Source: an uncultured delta proteobacterium
Lineage (GTDB): Bacteria; Myxococcota_A; Polyangia; Polyangiales; Polyangiaceae
Assembly: GCA_963696385.1 (NCBI GenBank)
Contig: CAVOKF010000007.1
Coordinates: forward strand, 832,001 to 896,000
DNA length: 64,000 nt
Direction of reading: 5' to 3'
Position 1 is the first letter of the stretch. Every line of letters begins with the position of its first letter. Both the position numbers and the translations under genes were made by a program. The notes beneath the pieces are model-generated. The model worked only from the letters and a program-made list of their open reading frames with translations. It searched no databases and had not been told where the DNA came from. This document shows, piece by piece, positions 27,941 to 39,659 of this stretch.

Positions 27941-30220
27941 TCACTTCGAAGTGGCGACGAAAACGCCATCCCAATCCGCAGGGGGCGGATGCTCCGCCAG
28001 CACGCGGGATCGTTCCGACAAAACGCGCGATGGAGGATCGGTGTCGCACTGCGCTTCGAGCCGCGATCGGGCCGCATCGAAGCGCAGCGCCCAATAATCG
28101 TCGAGGGCCGCCTCGTAGGCCTCGACGAACGGTGGGCGGTGCGGACCCAGCGGGCCGAGCAATTCGTACACGCCGACGGCTTTCGTTTTTCCCTTCACCG
28201 CGACCTTGTCGATGCGGCGGAAGGAGAATTCATCGCTCGTTCTGGCGACCACGGAGCCGCTCACCAGGGCCGTCACTCCGTAAAGCTTGCCCAGGGCTTC
28301 GAGGCGGGAAGCCAAGTTGACCCCGTCGCCCAACGCCGTGAAGCTCATTCGCTCGGGGGCACCAAAGTGCCCCACCAGAACGCGATCGGTGTGGAGGCCG
28401 AACCGCGTGACGAGTGGCGGCAGTCCCGCCCATGCCGGCGACGCGTAGAGCACGCGCGTCGCTTGCTGGCACGCCAGGATCGCGCGGCAACCGCAGGCCG
28501 CGTGCCGCTCCACGGGGCTCGGCGCGTTCCACAGGGCCATGACGGCATCGCCGATGAACTTGTCGATCGTGCCGCCGGTCGACCGAATGGCACCCGCCAT
28601 GGCGTCGAGGTACCGGCCGAGCGCACCGGCGAGATCGTCGGGCGTCAAGCGCTCGGCGAGACCGGTAAAGCCGCGGATGTCGGTAAACAGGATCGTGAGC
28701 TCGGCCAGCTCGCCGCCGAGCTTCGGCTCGCGATTCTCGCGATAGAGCTCCCGCACGAGATCGACGGGCGCGTACTTGCCCAGGGTGCGCATCGCCGTTT
28801 TCGCACGCTCCAGGCTCTCCAGAACGGTCTGAACATCGCGAAAGGGGGCATCGACCGGCGCCGGTGAAAAATCGAACGAACGCATGCGCGACGTCGCCAC
28901 CGCGACGCGAGCCAATCCTCGCCGGACGGCGCGCGCGGTCCAGGCGCCGCCGATCACGACGAACGCCATGGCGAAGAGATAAAGCAGCAGAAATCGGTTG
29001 CGGACCGCCTCGAGGCGATGCGTGTACACGTCCTCCGGCACGACCACGCCCACGATCCAGTCTTGGGTGTCGCGAAGTCCGAGAAATGTAAATAGGTAGC
29101 GCCGGCCGGCTGCGACGAAGCTGCCGGTCGTCTCGGCGCCACGGGTCGTTTGCCCCAGAAGCGGCTGGCGGAGGGCCTCGACGACGTCGGGCGGCTCGTG
29201 CGACGAAACGACGCGAAGGTCGTCGCCGAAGACCTGCAGACGATCGTCGGCGGCGACGCGCGTCACGAGCCTGCCGCTCGCATCGCACAGAAAGACGCGG
29301 GAGTCGGCGTCGGCGTCTTCGGGCGCCCGCTTCGGGCTCGTGGCCTCGTCGATCTGTTCGGTAAGAAGGCCCACTCGGAGCACACCGAGAAAGCCACCGG
29401 ATCGACCTTCCAACGCCTTTTGCACCGTCATCACGACGCGCGCGCGCGATCGCGGGTCGAGATCGGACCAATGCAGGTCGCTCCAGAGGGCGCGGCCCCG
29501 GCCGTCGCGCGCGGCGGCGGCCCTGAAGGTCCATTGCGACGTCGGATCGGTCACGGCCCCGGCGGCAACGAACCGCCCTGTCGCGAGGGACGCACCGGAC
29601 AAGCGGTCGCGGCGTTCGACGTTCCACGTGCCGTCACGCTCCACGACGCGGCGCGTGACGATGCCGCTCGAAGGGTCGGCGCCCTCGCGGTAGACCGAGA
29701 GCTCCCAGCGGGGTCGTGCCGACAACCGCGCGTCTCCCGCCGCGTCGTAGCCCATCGCCTCGGCGCGCGTGAACGTCACGTCCGACAGCGTGGGCTCGTC
29801 GACCAGCGCGGCGAAGATGGCGCGCTCGAGCGAAACCGGGTCGTCGACATCGACGACGCCGAATCGAAGCTGCCGCTCCAGATCGGTCACCGTGCGGCCG
29901 GCGCGGCCGAGGTCTTCGGCAACGATTTGCTCGACCCGACGCGCCTGAGCCCCGCGCAGCGGATCGGCGGCGGCGAGGATCGACCGCTTCGACGCGGCAA
30001 GAAACCCGTACAGAAGCAGCGCCACGACAAGTGCCGTACCGCCGGTCACGAGCCAAAAGGCCACCGTGAGCGTCAATCGCCGGGGGCGCCACGGCGCGTC
30101 CTCCGACGTCACGGCTCCGTCCGGACCCTGGGGCCCACGAGGGTCCGGGGCCGGCGAAAGACCACCGTTTCGATCGAGAGGCGCGACCATTGCCGTTCGG
30201 CCGTCCGCACGGGCCGGCAA
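27941..30220 (-). CDS. Membrane-bound class III adenylate/guanylate cyclase with extracytoplasmic Cache-like sensor
   Basis: Two TM segments, TILFTDIRGFT, GGTIDKFIGDAVMALWNAP, RFGLHT, FTALGDGVNLASRLE, VAVKGK. Start uncertain. Confidence 0.92.
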   Translation of the reverse strand: MPARADGRTAMVAPLDRNGGLSPAPDPRGPQGPDGAVTSEDAPWRPRRLTLTVAFWLVTGGTALVVALLLYGFLAASKRSILAAADPLRGAQARRVEQIVAEDLGRAGRTVTDLERQLRFGVVDVDDPVSLERAIFAALVDEPTLSDVTFTRAEAMGYDAAGDARLSARPRWELSVYREGADPSSGIVTRRVVERDGTWNVERRDRLSGASLATGRFVAAGAVTDPTSQWTFRAAAARDGRGRALWSDLHWSDLDPRSRARVVMTVQKALEGRSGGFLGVLRVGLLTEQIDEATSPKRAPEDADADSRVFLCDASGRLVTRVAADDRLQVFGDDLRVVSSHEPPDVVEALRQPLLGQTTRGAETTGSFVAAGRRYLFTFLGLRDTQDWIVGVVVPEDVYTHRLEAVRNRFLLLYLFAMAFVVIGGAWTARAVRRGLARVAVATSRMRSFDFSPAPVDAPFRDVQTVLESLERAKTAMRTLGKYAPVDLVRELYRENREPKLGGELAELTILFTDIRGFTGLAERLTPDDLAGALGRYLDAMAGAIRSTGGTIDKFIGDAVMALWNAPSPVERHAACGCRAILACQQATRVLYASPAWAGLPPLVTRFGLHTDRVLVGHFGAPERMSFTALGDGVNLASRLEALGKLYGVTALVSGSVVARTSDEFSFRRIDKVAVKGKTKAVGVYELLGPLGPHRPPFVEAYEAALDDYWALRFDAARSRLEAQCDTDPPSRVLSERSRVLAEHPPPADWDGVFVATSK

Positions 30221-30381
30221 GCTCTCCGTTCGCGTAGCTTACGCCGGCCGTCGACCGCCGTTTCGATCGAGCACGATTTGCCGTTTTCTCGCCGGGCCCG
30301 CCGTCGCGGGGAAGGGGAAACCGAGGCGCCGCACGCTCGGACATCGAGCGGAAACGTCGAATGTCGATTCTAGCTTTCGGC

Positions 30382-30406
30382 GTAACGGCGTGACGCGGGT
30401 CACGTA
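30382..30406 (+). promoter_or_regulatory. Candidate ECF-sigma promoter (GTAAC-N16-CGTA) upstream of the Cys-rich peptide gene
   Basis: GTAAC at 30382-30386, 16-nt spacer, CGTA at 30403-30406. GAGGAG RBS at 30429-30434. Overlaps a ggtcacgtaa direct repeat (30398-30407, 30412-30421). Confidence 0.4.
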
Positions 30407-30444
30407 AACCCGGTCACGTAAGCCCTACGAGGAGAACATACGTT

Positions 30445-30705
30445 ATGAAATCGAGCCATGCGATGATTGCGGCCGCCGTCGGCGGAATCTTGATGGGCGC
30501 CGCGGGGTGCGCCTCGAATCCTCCACCGTCGGCCGCTGCCCCGGCGCCCGAAGCATCGAGTGCTCCGGCGGCGCCGGCGGCCAAGCATGCTTGCAAAGGA
30601 AAAAACGAGTGCAAGGGTCAAGGCGGCTGCAAGACCGACGCGCACGGGTGTCAGGGCAAGAACGATTGCAAAGGACAGGGCGGCTGCAGGGGCTGGGCGT
30701 ACTGA
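30445..30705 (+). CDS. Small Cys-rich exported peptide, BufA2/bufferin-precursor-like
   Basis: Signal/lipobox LMGAAGC, Ala/Pro linker, then HACKGKNECKGQGGC and HGCQGKNDCKGQGGC repeats. Good RBS. Confidence 0.8.
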   Translation: MKSSHAMIAAAVGGILMGAAGCASNPPPSAAAPAPEASSAPAAPAAKHACKGKNECKGQGGCKTDAHGCQGKNDCKGQGGCRGWAY

Positions 30706-30757
30706 TCGGAGCCGGCGCCGCCTTTCCGCTTTGGGTGCGAGAGGAGTAGGCGCGAAC

Positions 30758-30869
30758 GACCGCGACCGCCGACCGCGACCGCCGACCGCGACCGCCGACC
30801 GCGACCGCCGACCGCGACCGCCGACTGCGACCGCCACCGCCGACCGCGACTACCGCGACCGAGACCGCG
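30758..30869. repeat. 13-bp tandem repeat (gaccgcgaccgcc): 5 perfect copies, 1 variant and a degenerate tail
   Basis: Perfect units at 30758, 30771, 30784, 30797, 30810; variant at 30823. Intergenic between convergent genes. Confidence 0.92.
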
Positions 30870-30883
30870 TGCGAAGGGCGCTC

Positions 30884-32263
<1,380 letters not shown>

Positions 32264-32488
32264 GGTTGCCCGCGCTGCCGCTGCGGCGGGCGTTTGCTCA
32301 GGACCCTTATGGGACCGTCATCACGCTCCGGGAGCCGCAGGCGTGCCGCGCGCTTTGCCGAAGCACCGACTCAAAAAAGACCGCGTCGCACCACTGCGTC
32401 GCGTTGGCCGGCTGTCGTGAATACTTGCTTAATAGCGTGCCAAGGCGAGAACCGCAAGGCGCACTCGAGCCGCACGCACATCGCCACG

Positions 32489-32516
32489 GGAACTTCAGCC
32501 TTAGGAACTTCAGCCT
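32489..32516. repeat. Direct repeat ggaacttcagcct x2 (15-bp period) upstream of the helicase gene
   Basis: Copies at 32489-32501 and 32504-32516. Confidence 0.7.
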
Positions 32517-32621
32517 AAGGACAACCTAGTACCTCGATTCCGCGGAATGGAAGGGTCGTTTTCCGCGATATTCCCGACGGGATCGGGTGGTCTCACCCCT
32601 CCGTTTCATGGAATCGGGGTA

Positions 32622-33011
32622 CTAGGACGCTTGATACTCGGCCACGGCGTCGAAGTGAAGGACGCGCGAACAGGCGGCGGTCCCAAGCGAACCGACGCAG
32701 TCGTCCGCACCGGCGAACCCGGTCCGATGCGCGTGGAGCGCCTGCATGACCGCGAACGTGACGTCGTGACCGCCATCGGCGCAGTTGGGGTCTCCGCATG
32801 GAATCAAGAACAGCGCAGGCGCGTTGGCAACGACGATGCGACGAATGTATTTCGGTTGGCTGACCGACGACGCGGCCGACTTCTCTTCAATCTCGAAGCG
32901 CAAACTCCGAAGCTCGGGTACCTCGCGCGACAGCCTTGGAGCGCTGTTTTCGCGCTCTCGACAATCGGCCGCACGCTGAGCTGCGGCACTCTGCTTTCCG
33001 AATCGCTGCAT
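32622..33011 (-). CDS. Small hypothetical protein with Cys/His cluster (possible metal binding)
   Basis: Start MQRFGK. APRLSREVPELRSL, YIRRIVVANAPALFLIPCGDPNCADGGHD, C.G.....C.R. Confidence 0.75.
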   Translation of the reverse strand: MQRFGKQSAAAQRAADCRERENSAPRLSREVPELRSLRFEIEEKSAASSVSQPKYIRRIVVANAPALFLIPCGDPNCADGGHDVTFAVMQALHAHRTGFAGADDCVGSLGTAACSRVLHFDAVAEYQAS

Positions 33012-33213
33012 CACGTGTCGTGTCCTCCCAATCGATCTCAGCGTAGCACTTTGACCCGACGACGTCCCGGGCCCTCGAGCTCGCATGGCAGCGTCACGAG
33101 CTCGACACGAACACGCGAACGACCCCGGCCCTCGGACACGGTCACGAAGGCGTGTGACCGCGGTAGCGCAGCAGGACGTGCGGCGGGCGCCAGCCCAAGT
33201 ACGATCCCAGGCG

Positions 33214-34009
33214 ATGACCCGAACGCTACTCGACCACCCCCTTCTGAGCTCACGCTACTTCTTTCCGCGGCGCGGATCGCTCCACGATGCGTTCCTCGTC
33301 ACGACGGCGGACGGTTCGGCCCAGCTCGCGTGTTACCGCGCGGCACCGCACGCCGACGCGCTCACCGTGCTTCACTTCCACGGCAACGCCGAGATCGTGT
33401 CCGACTACGTACCCGAGGTCGCCGAGGTCGTGACTTCATTTCGGGGTCAACGTCGTTTTTGCCGAGTACCGGGGCTACGGCGCATCGACGGGAAGCCCTT
33501 CTCTCGGGGCGATGATCGAGGACGCCGAAGGGGTCTTTCAAGCGGTCGGTTTGCCTGCCGATCGCATCGTAGCGTTCGGGCGGTCGCTCGGTTCGCTCTT
33601 CGCCGTCGAGGTCGTGGCCCGGCACCCCGACGTGGCCGGTCTCGTCATCGAGAGCGGGATCGCCGATCCTCTCGAAGCCACGATTGCGCGCGTGTCGGCC
33701 GAGGATCTCGGAACGTCCCCGGATGCGCTCGCGGCGGAGGTGGCGGCCCGGTTCGACCAGCGCGCCAAGCTCGCGGCGTACCGGGGTCCCATCCTCGTTT
33801 TGCACACGGCGCAGGACATGCTCATCCCGGCTTCGCACGCCGAGCGCCTGGCCTCCTGGGGCGGCGCACCCGCCGCGGAGAAGAAACTCGTCATCTTCCA
33901 GCAAGGCGATCACGGCACGATTTACCCGGCCAATCGCGACGCCTACATTGCGCAGCTCGGTAGTTTCCTCGGGCGGCTCCGCGCACAGGACTCGATGCGG
34001 CGAGGATAG
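33214..34009 (+). pseudogene. Alpha/beta hydrolase (ABHD17/BEM46-like) with apparent +1 frameshift at ~33439-33446
   Basis: MTRTLLDHPLLSSRYFFPR...HFHGNAE...VVTSF; removing one base gives GVNVVFAEYRGYGASTG, joined to FGRSLGS, IESG, D..IP, GDH. Confidence 0.82.
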
Positions 34010-34013
34010 AAAC

Positions 34014-34610
34014 CTACGCGGTCGCCCGTAAGGTCGGCTGCAGACGTTCCCATTCCCGGCGTACGTCCGCCTTGGTGAACAGCGCTTGAACGGATACGTC
34101 CGACCCGGCCGCGCGTTGGATCCTCTCCAGACCGCCGTCCTCTTCCCGGTCCACCAGGACGATCACCTGCAAGACATTCAGGCGCTCGGCTCGGGCCTTT
34201 TGGATTGCGTCCTCGGTGGATCCGCCCGTGGTCACCACGTCGTCGACGATGACGACGTTCGCCCCGTTGGGCACATCGCCTTCGATGAGCTTTCTCGACC
34301 CGTGCTGCTTGGACTCCTTGCGCACGCTAAACCAGCGGAGATTGCGACCGCCGGCACTGACCAACGACGTGGCGTAGGCGATGGGATCGGCGCCCATCGT
34401 CAGGCCACCCACCGCGATCGCCCGAGGGTCGGCGCGCTCGAGGATCAGGGCGGCGACCCAAGGACCGGCCTCCGCATGGCTGAGCGCCATCTTGCAGTCG
34501 ATGTACTCGTTGCTGACCTTTCCGGAGGCCAGCATGAAACCTTCGGGCTTGTACCGGTACGAGTACTTCGCCAAAAGCGTCAGCAAATGTTCCAGATCGT
34601 GTGTGGCCAT
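34014..34610 (-). CDS. pyrE: Orotate phosphoribosyltransferase
   Basis: FMLASGKVS..YIDCK, GGLTMGADP, VRKESKQHG, IVDDVVTTGGS, LVDREE. Confidence 0.93.
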   Translation of the reverse strand: MATHDLEHLLTLLAKYSYRYKPEGFMLASGKVSNEYIDCKMALSHAEAGPWVAALILERADPRAIAVGGLTMGADPIAYATSLVSAGGRNLRWFSVRKESKQHGSRKLIEGDVPNGANVVIVDDVVTTGGSTEDAIQKARAERLNVLQVIVLVDREEDGGLERIQRAAGSDVSVQALFTKADVRREWERLQPTLRATA

Positions 34611-34642
34611 GACTCGCCCTTGGAAATGAGGTCCGTGGCAAC

Positions 34643-37600
34643 CTACGCCATTTCGTCGGCATGGGTGGGCTTTTGGGCCCGGGTCGGCAGCCGCGAAGCC
34701 ACGCGCTCCGGAACCTCCTCGTGGTCAATCAGCTCGCCGTCCCGAAAGACGAGCCAAGGCCCATGCGTCGACGCAACCCGCGGACCGGGCGTGACGATGC
34801 CCACGAGGTTGAGGGGATCGGACGCGCGCACGCGAACGGTATCGCCGACCCGCTCGGTACGGCGGACGCGTCGCAGTGCCTCGACGGCATCCGGCAGGGC
34901 ATACTGCTCGCCCATGAACCCCGCGACGAACCGCCCTCCGCGCGCGGTCCCGCGCGCCTCGCGCCGCCGGAGCGCGCGTAGAACCTCGCGCCAGGGCGTA
35001 GAAAAGCTCTCGCGGGCGACCAGATCGCGGAAGACAACGCCGTAGCGTGCAAGCAGCTGGCCCGCGACGCGATCGGCGAGATCGTCTACGGCGGTGGGGT
35101 CGGCGGAGCGCTCGACCAACGACCAGCGGCCCTGCGCGGCGCGTCCGCGACGGCGCACCGCGCGCCCGGAAGCCATCGAAATCGCGCAACGGCTGAAAGC
35201 CGTCGCTCGCGACCCGACCGCGGCCGACCAAATCCCACAAAGATTCGACGAGATCCTTGGGCGCGAGGCGGCAAGCGGCAGCGAGATCGTCCGAGAAGAG
35301 CGCGCCCCTTCGTCGCAGCGTGTCGACCACGGCGGCGGGACCGTCGGTCGTCGGCGCCAGCGGGTCGTCGCTGCCGCGGACGGCCTCGAGCAGCCAGCCG
35401 AGATCGCGTCGCAGCACGATCGAGATCGGCGTCGCGCGCGACGTCGATCCCATGGCCGACGACGTCGACCGGCGCGTCGACAGCCTGGCCCACGCCACGT
35501 CGCCCGCGAGGCACGCCTCATCGAGCCACTCGGGACGATAGCCGGCGACGCGCGAAGCGAGCACGTCGCCCTCCCACGCGGCGGCGGCGATCTCGAAACC
35601 TTGGAGCTTCTCGATCGCGTCTCGCAGCCCTGCCCGCCCCCCGGTCCGAGCGCGCGCCGACAGGTGATGCCGTTCGAACAAGTAGCGGAGCAAGTCTCGG
35701 GCGCTGACGGGCTCGATCTCGCTTCGTAGCCGATCGAGGGTGAGCCGATGGATGCGAGCCAGCAAGCGTCGATCGCAAAATTGCTCGTCGGCCATGCCGG
35801 GCGTGAAGCGGCCGCGCAGGACACGCCCCTCGGTCTCGAGCTTCGCCACGGCGACCGCGACGTCGCCCTCGGGCAAATCGACCGTGGTCGCGAGCGAGGC
35901 GACCGTGAACGGCCCTACGATCTCGGCGTGCCCGCGGACCACGGACAGAATCGCGTCCTCGCGCAGCGGGGGCGAAGCCGCCAGGTGCGCGGGCAGCGCT
36001 ACTTTGGGCGTGCCGGGATACAGCACCTCCACGGTCGGCGCGTTTTCGACGGCGAACGCGAAACGCCCCGCGGTCGCCGTGCGGCCTTCGCAGCCGAGCC
36101 GTGCGAGCCACGCGGCCCAGTCGTCACGGGCGGGTGCGACGACCAGCCCGAGCAGCGCATCGTGCAACTCGTCGGCGTCGCGCGGCTCCGGCCGGGCTTC
36201 GAGGACCACCCGAGCGATCGCATCCGGATCGAGCGCGCCGAGGTCGCGCTGGTGGTCGGGCAACGTGCGCCGCAACGACAACGCTCGCGTGCGGCGCTCC
36301 TCGAGCGGGGCGTCGTCGAGAAAGGCATAAGGCTTGGCGTTGAGCGTCTCGTGCGAAAAGGGCGACGGCTCGGTCGTGTCGCGCGCGTGGAGGCGAATTT
36401 CGCCACGTTCCATTCGCTCGAGCAGGCCGCGCAGCCGCAGCGTGTCCATCGCCTCGAACAAGCAATCGTGGACGGTTTGGCGGACGAGGGGATGGTCGGG
36501 CAGATCGATCGGCCCGCGGCCGCCTTCCTGGCACGCGACCTGGGCGGGAAAAACGGCCGCCATCAAGTCGTCGGCGCGCATCCGTTGGATGGCGGGAGGA
36601 ACTTTTTTGCCTCTCTCGTAGCGCAGAACGGCCAGTGCGCGAGAGGCGTTCCAGCGAAAGCGGGTGCCGAACATCGGCGCGAGGAGAATGGCTTGCTCGA
36701 GGGTCGGCCGCAGGTGCTCCGCGCGTACGAAACGAAAGGCGTCGGAAAGCGGAAACCCGTGCGTCGTGCCGATCGACAGCACGATGGCGTCGTCGGTCGC
36801 CGCAGCCTGAAGCTCGAAGTCGAACGTCACGCAGAAACGCTTGCGGAGCGCGAGCCCGAACGCGCGATTCACGCGCCCGCCGAACGGGGCGTGCACGACG
36901 AGCTGCATGCCGCCCGCTTCGTCGAAGAAGCGCTCGAACACGACGTCTTGCATCGATGGAACGACGCCGAGCGCGTCGCGCTGTGCGGCAACGTAGTCCG
37001 ACAGTTGAGCGGCGGCCGACGACGATAAGCGGCACTCGGACTCGAGCCACGCACGCGCGCCCGTCGATGCGTCGAGTGCGGCCACGAGGTCGGTCCGAAG
37101 TCGGCTTACTTGCTCGGAGAGCTCCCAGGTCCGCGACGGGGCTTCCCCAAGCCAGAACGGCACGGTGGGAGCTTGGCCGTGAGCGTCTTCGACCCGCAAG
37201 ACCCCTGCACGCGACTCGACCCGGCGGATGCGCCACGATTGAGAACCGAGCACGAAGACGTCGCCCGCCATGCTCTCGATGGCCCAGTCTTCGTTGACGG
37301 TTCCCACGAGCGTCTCGTCGGGGTCCAGAATGACTCGGTAGTCCGCCAGGTCGGGAATCGCTCCGCCGTTGGTCAGTGCGACGATGCGGGCCGCGCGCCG
37401 GCCGCGCAGAATCCCGTGGACGCGATCGCGGTGGACGAGCGCCCCGTTGCGGCCGAGCCGCGGCGCGGCCCCTTCGGACACGCTGGCGACCACGGCGTCG
37501 AAGTCGGCACGGGACAAGCTCGCGTAAGGCGCCGCCTGACGCACGAGATCGAACAGCGCATCCTCGGTCCACTCGCGAACCGCACATTCCGCCACGATCT

Positions 37601-38831
37601 GTTGAGCGAGGACGTCGAGCGGCGCCTCGGGGGGATCGACGCGATCGAGGGCCATGGCGGCCACCGCGCGTACGAGCGCGGCGCACTCCACGAGATCGTC
37701 GCGCGTCGTGGCAAAGAGTCGACCGCGCGACGTGCGCCCGAGCGCGTGCCCCGATCGCCCGACCCGCTGGAGCCACGTCGCGATGGACCGCGGCGATCCG
37801 ATCTGGCAAACGAGATCCACGGCGCCCACGTCGATGCCGAGCTCGAGCGATGCCGTCGCGACGAGGGCCCGCATCTGCCCGGCTTTGAGGCGCTGCTCGG
37901 TTCGCAGTCTGCGCTCCTTCGAGAGGCTGCCGTGGTGGGCCGCGACGCCGTCCTCTCCCAAGCGCTCGGCCAAGTGGTGCGCCACCCGCTCGGCCATGCG
38001 CCGTGTGTTGACGAAGATCAGGGTCGTTCGGACGGTTGCGACGAGGGCCGCCAGACGGTCGTAGATCTCGGCCCACTGCTCGTGCAGTGTGACGGCCTGT
38101 AGGTCGGTTGCCGGCACTTCAATCGAAAGGTCGAGATCCCGTCCGTGTCCGACGTCGATGATGGAGCAGGGCCGCCCGGGACCGACCAAAAAGAGCGCGG
38201 CTTCTTCGATGGGATGCACGGTCGCCGACAGGCCGACGCGCTGGGGGCGGCGCTCCGCGAGCGCGTCGAGGCGCGCCAGCGACAGAGCCAAGTGGCTGCC
38301 ACGCTTGTCGCGCATGAGAGCGTGAAGTTCGTCGACGATCACGGTGCGGACGCGCCGAAGAACGTCACGCGCGCGTTCGGACGTGAGCATGAGGTACAGA
38401 GACTCCGGGGTCGTGATGAGCACCTGGGGCGCCGCCCGCACGATCGCGGCGCGCGCGGCCTGGGTCGTGTCGCCCGTACGCAGGCCCGTTCGGATGCCGA
38501 GCGGTGGCAACCCGAGTTCGTGCGCGGTGGCGCCAATGCCGGCCAGGGGGCCTTCGAGGTTTTTCTGAATATCGCCGCTCAGCGCCTTCAAGGGCGACAC
38601 GTAGAGAACGTCGACCTCGCCAGGAAGGTCGCCGCGCTCGGACCGCCGGACCAGACCGTCCAGGCCGGCCAAAAATGCCGCGAGCGTTTTCCCCGATCCG
38701 GTGGGCGCTGCGACGAGTGTATCGCGTCCGGCCAAAATCTCGGGCCAACCACGGGCCTGGGCCGCCGTCGGTGCGCCGAAAGCGCGCTCGAACCACTGAC
38801 GTACGGCGGGGTGGAATGCTGTGAGGGGCAT
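34643..38831 (-). pseudogene. lhr: Lhr-family ATP-dependent DEAD/DEAH helicase with apparent +1 frameshift near 35178-35181
   Basis: APTGSGKTLAAF, TTPESLY, VDELHAL, GLSAT, SLELGIDVG, QRVGRSGH. The conserved tail (GRWSL, LLARYGVVFRDL, GGRFVAG..GEQYA, DPLNL) lies in the 34643..35824 frame. Confidence 0.88.
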
Positions 38832-38951
38832 GGGCGCCCGAGGAAACGCTAGCGCAGCTGTCCGCGGGCGACACGGTAAGCTCCGTCGACTCCACGCTCC
38901 AGTGGACTCCCGCGGGCGGTTTGCTTACGTTCCGGCCAAACAGAGGGTTTC

Positions 38952-39623
38952 ATGCGCCTTGTCTCTGCTGGGTCGTCGTTGCTCATGGTCTTGGTCGCGT
39001 GCGGCGGGCCGCAGAAGCCCGCCGAATCGGCTGACACGTCGTCGCTCGAGAGCAACTCGTCGTCGTCTGCGAAGGACGCGCCGGCCGCACCGGAGACCGC
39101 ATCGGCTCCGGCGCCTTCGACGACCGGCTCCACCGGCTCGGCGGAGGCTCCGTCAGCAGCCGCGGCGGCGGCCGCCGAGTCGGTCCATCCTGCCCCGGCC
39201 GCCACCGGGTCCGTGGACGGCAAGCCCTTTGCGCCGAAGCTTGCCCACGTGATCGGCCCGATGCAAAAGGACGGCCGCATTCTGCTGAGTCTCGACGAGC
39301 GAACCGAATGCTCGTCGCCGAGCGACGCGAAGCCGGACGACGCGTCCTTGACGATCCTGGTACCGTGGGAGGACGGTTACAAGGTCGACCTGTCCGCGCT
39401 CAAACGGGGGACCAAAAAGAAGCCGGGCGAAATCTCGTTTTCGCGCGTGAACGAAGCCGGAAAAAAGAACGTTTCGGCGACGTTCAAACCGAGCGGGCGC
39501 GTCACGATCGTCAAGGCCCCCACGCAAAAGGACGCCATCGGAAAAATGAAGATCGACCTGCAGAGCGGCGACTACATGCTCGCGGGCGATCTGGACGTGC
39601 AGGTGTGCGTCGCGCCGAAGTGA
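38952..39623 (+). CDS. Hypothetical lipoprotein
   Basis: Lipobox LVACGG, Ala/Pro/Ser linker, ATGSVDGKPFAP...GDLDVQVC. Confidence 0.75.
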   Translation: MRLVSAGSSLLMVLVACGGPQKPAESADTSSLESNSSSSAKDAPAAPETASAPAPSTTGSTGSAEAPSAAAAAAAESVHPAPAATGSVDGKPFAPKLAHVIGPMQKDGRILLSLDERTECSSPSDAKPDDASLTILVPWEDGYKVDLSALKRGTKKKPGEISFSRVNEAGKKNVSATFKPSGRVTIVKAPTQKDAIGKMKIDLQSGDYMLAGDLDVQVCVAPK

Positions 39624-39659
39624 CGAGAGCGGAGCGTCGGGTCGAGCCCCCGCGCGCTT

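Noticed and set aside
30758..30869. CRISPR array
   Set aside because: Units are 13 bp and contiguous, with no unique spacers and no cas genes.
33439..35181. Programmed ribosomal frameshifting in the hydrolase or Lhr genes
   Set aside because: No slippery heptamer or evident stimulatory structure; single extra bases in unrelated genes are better explained by consensus error.
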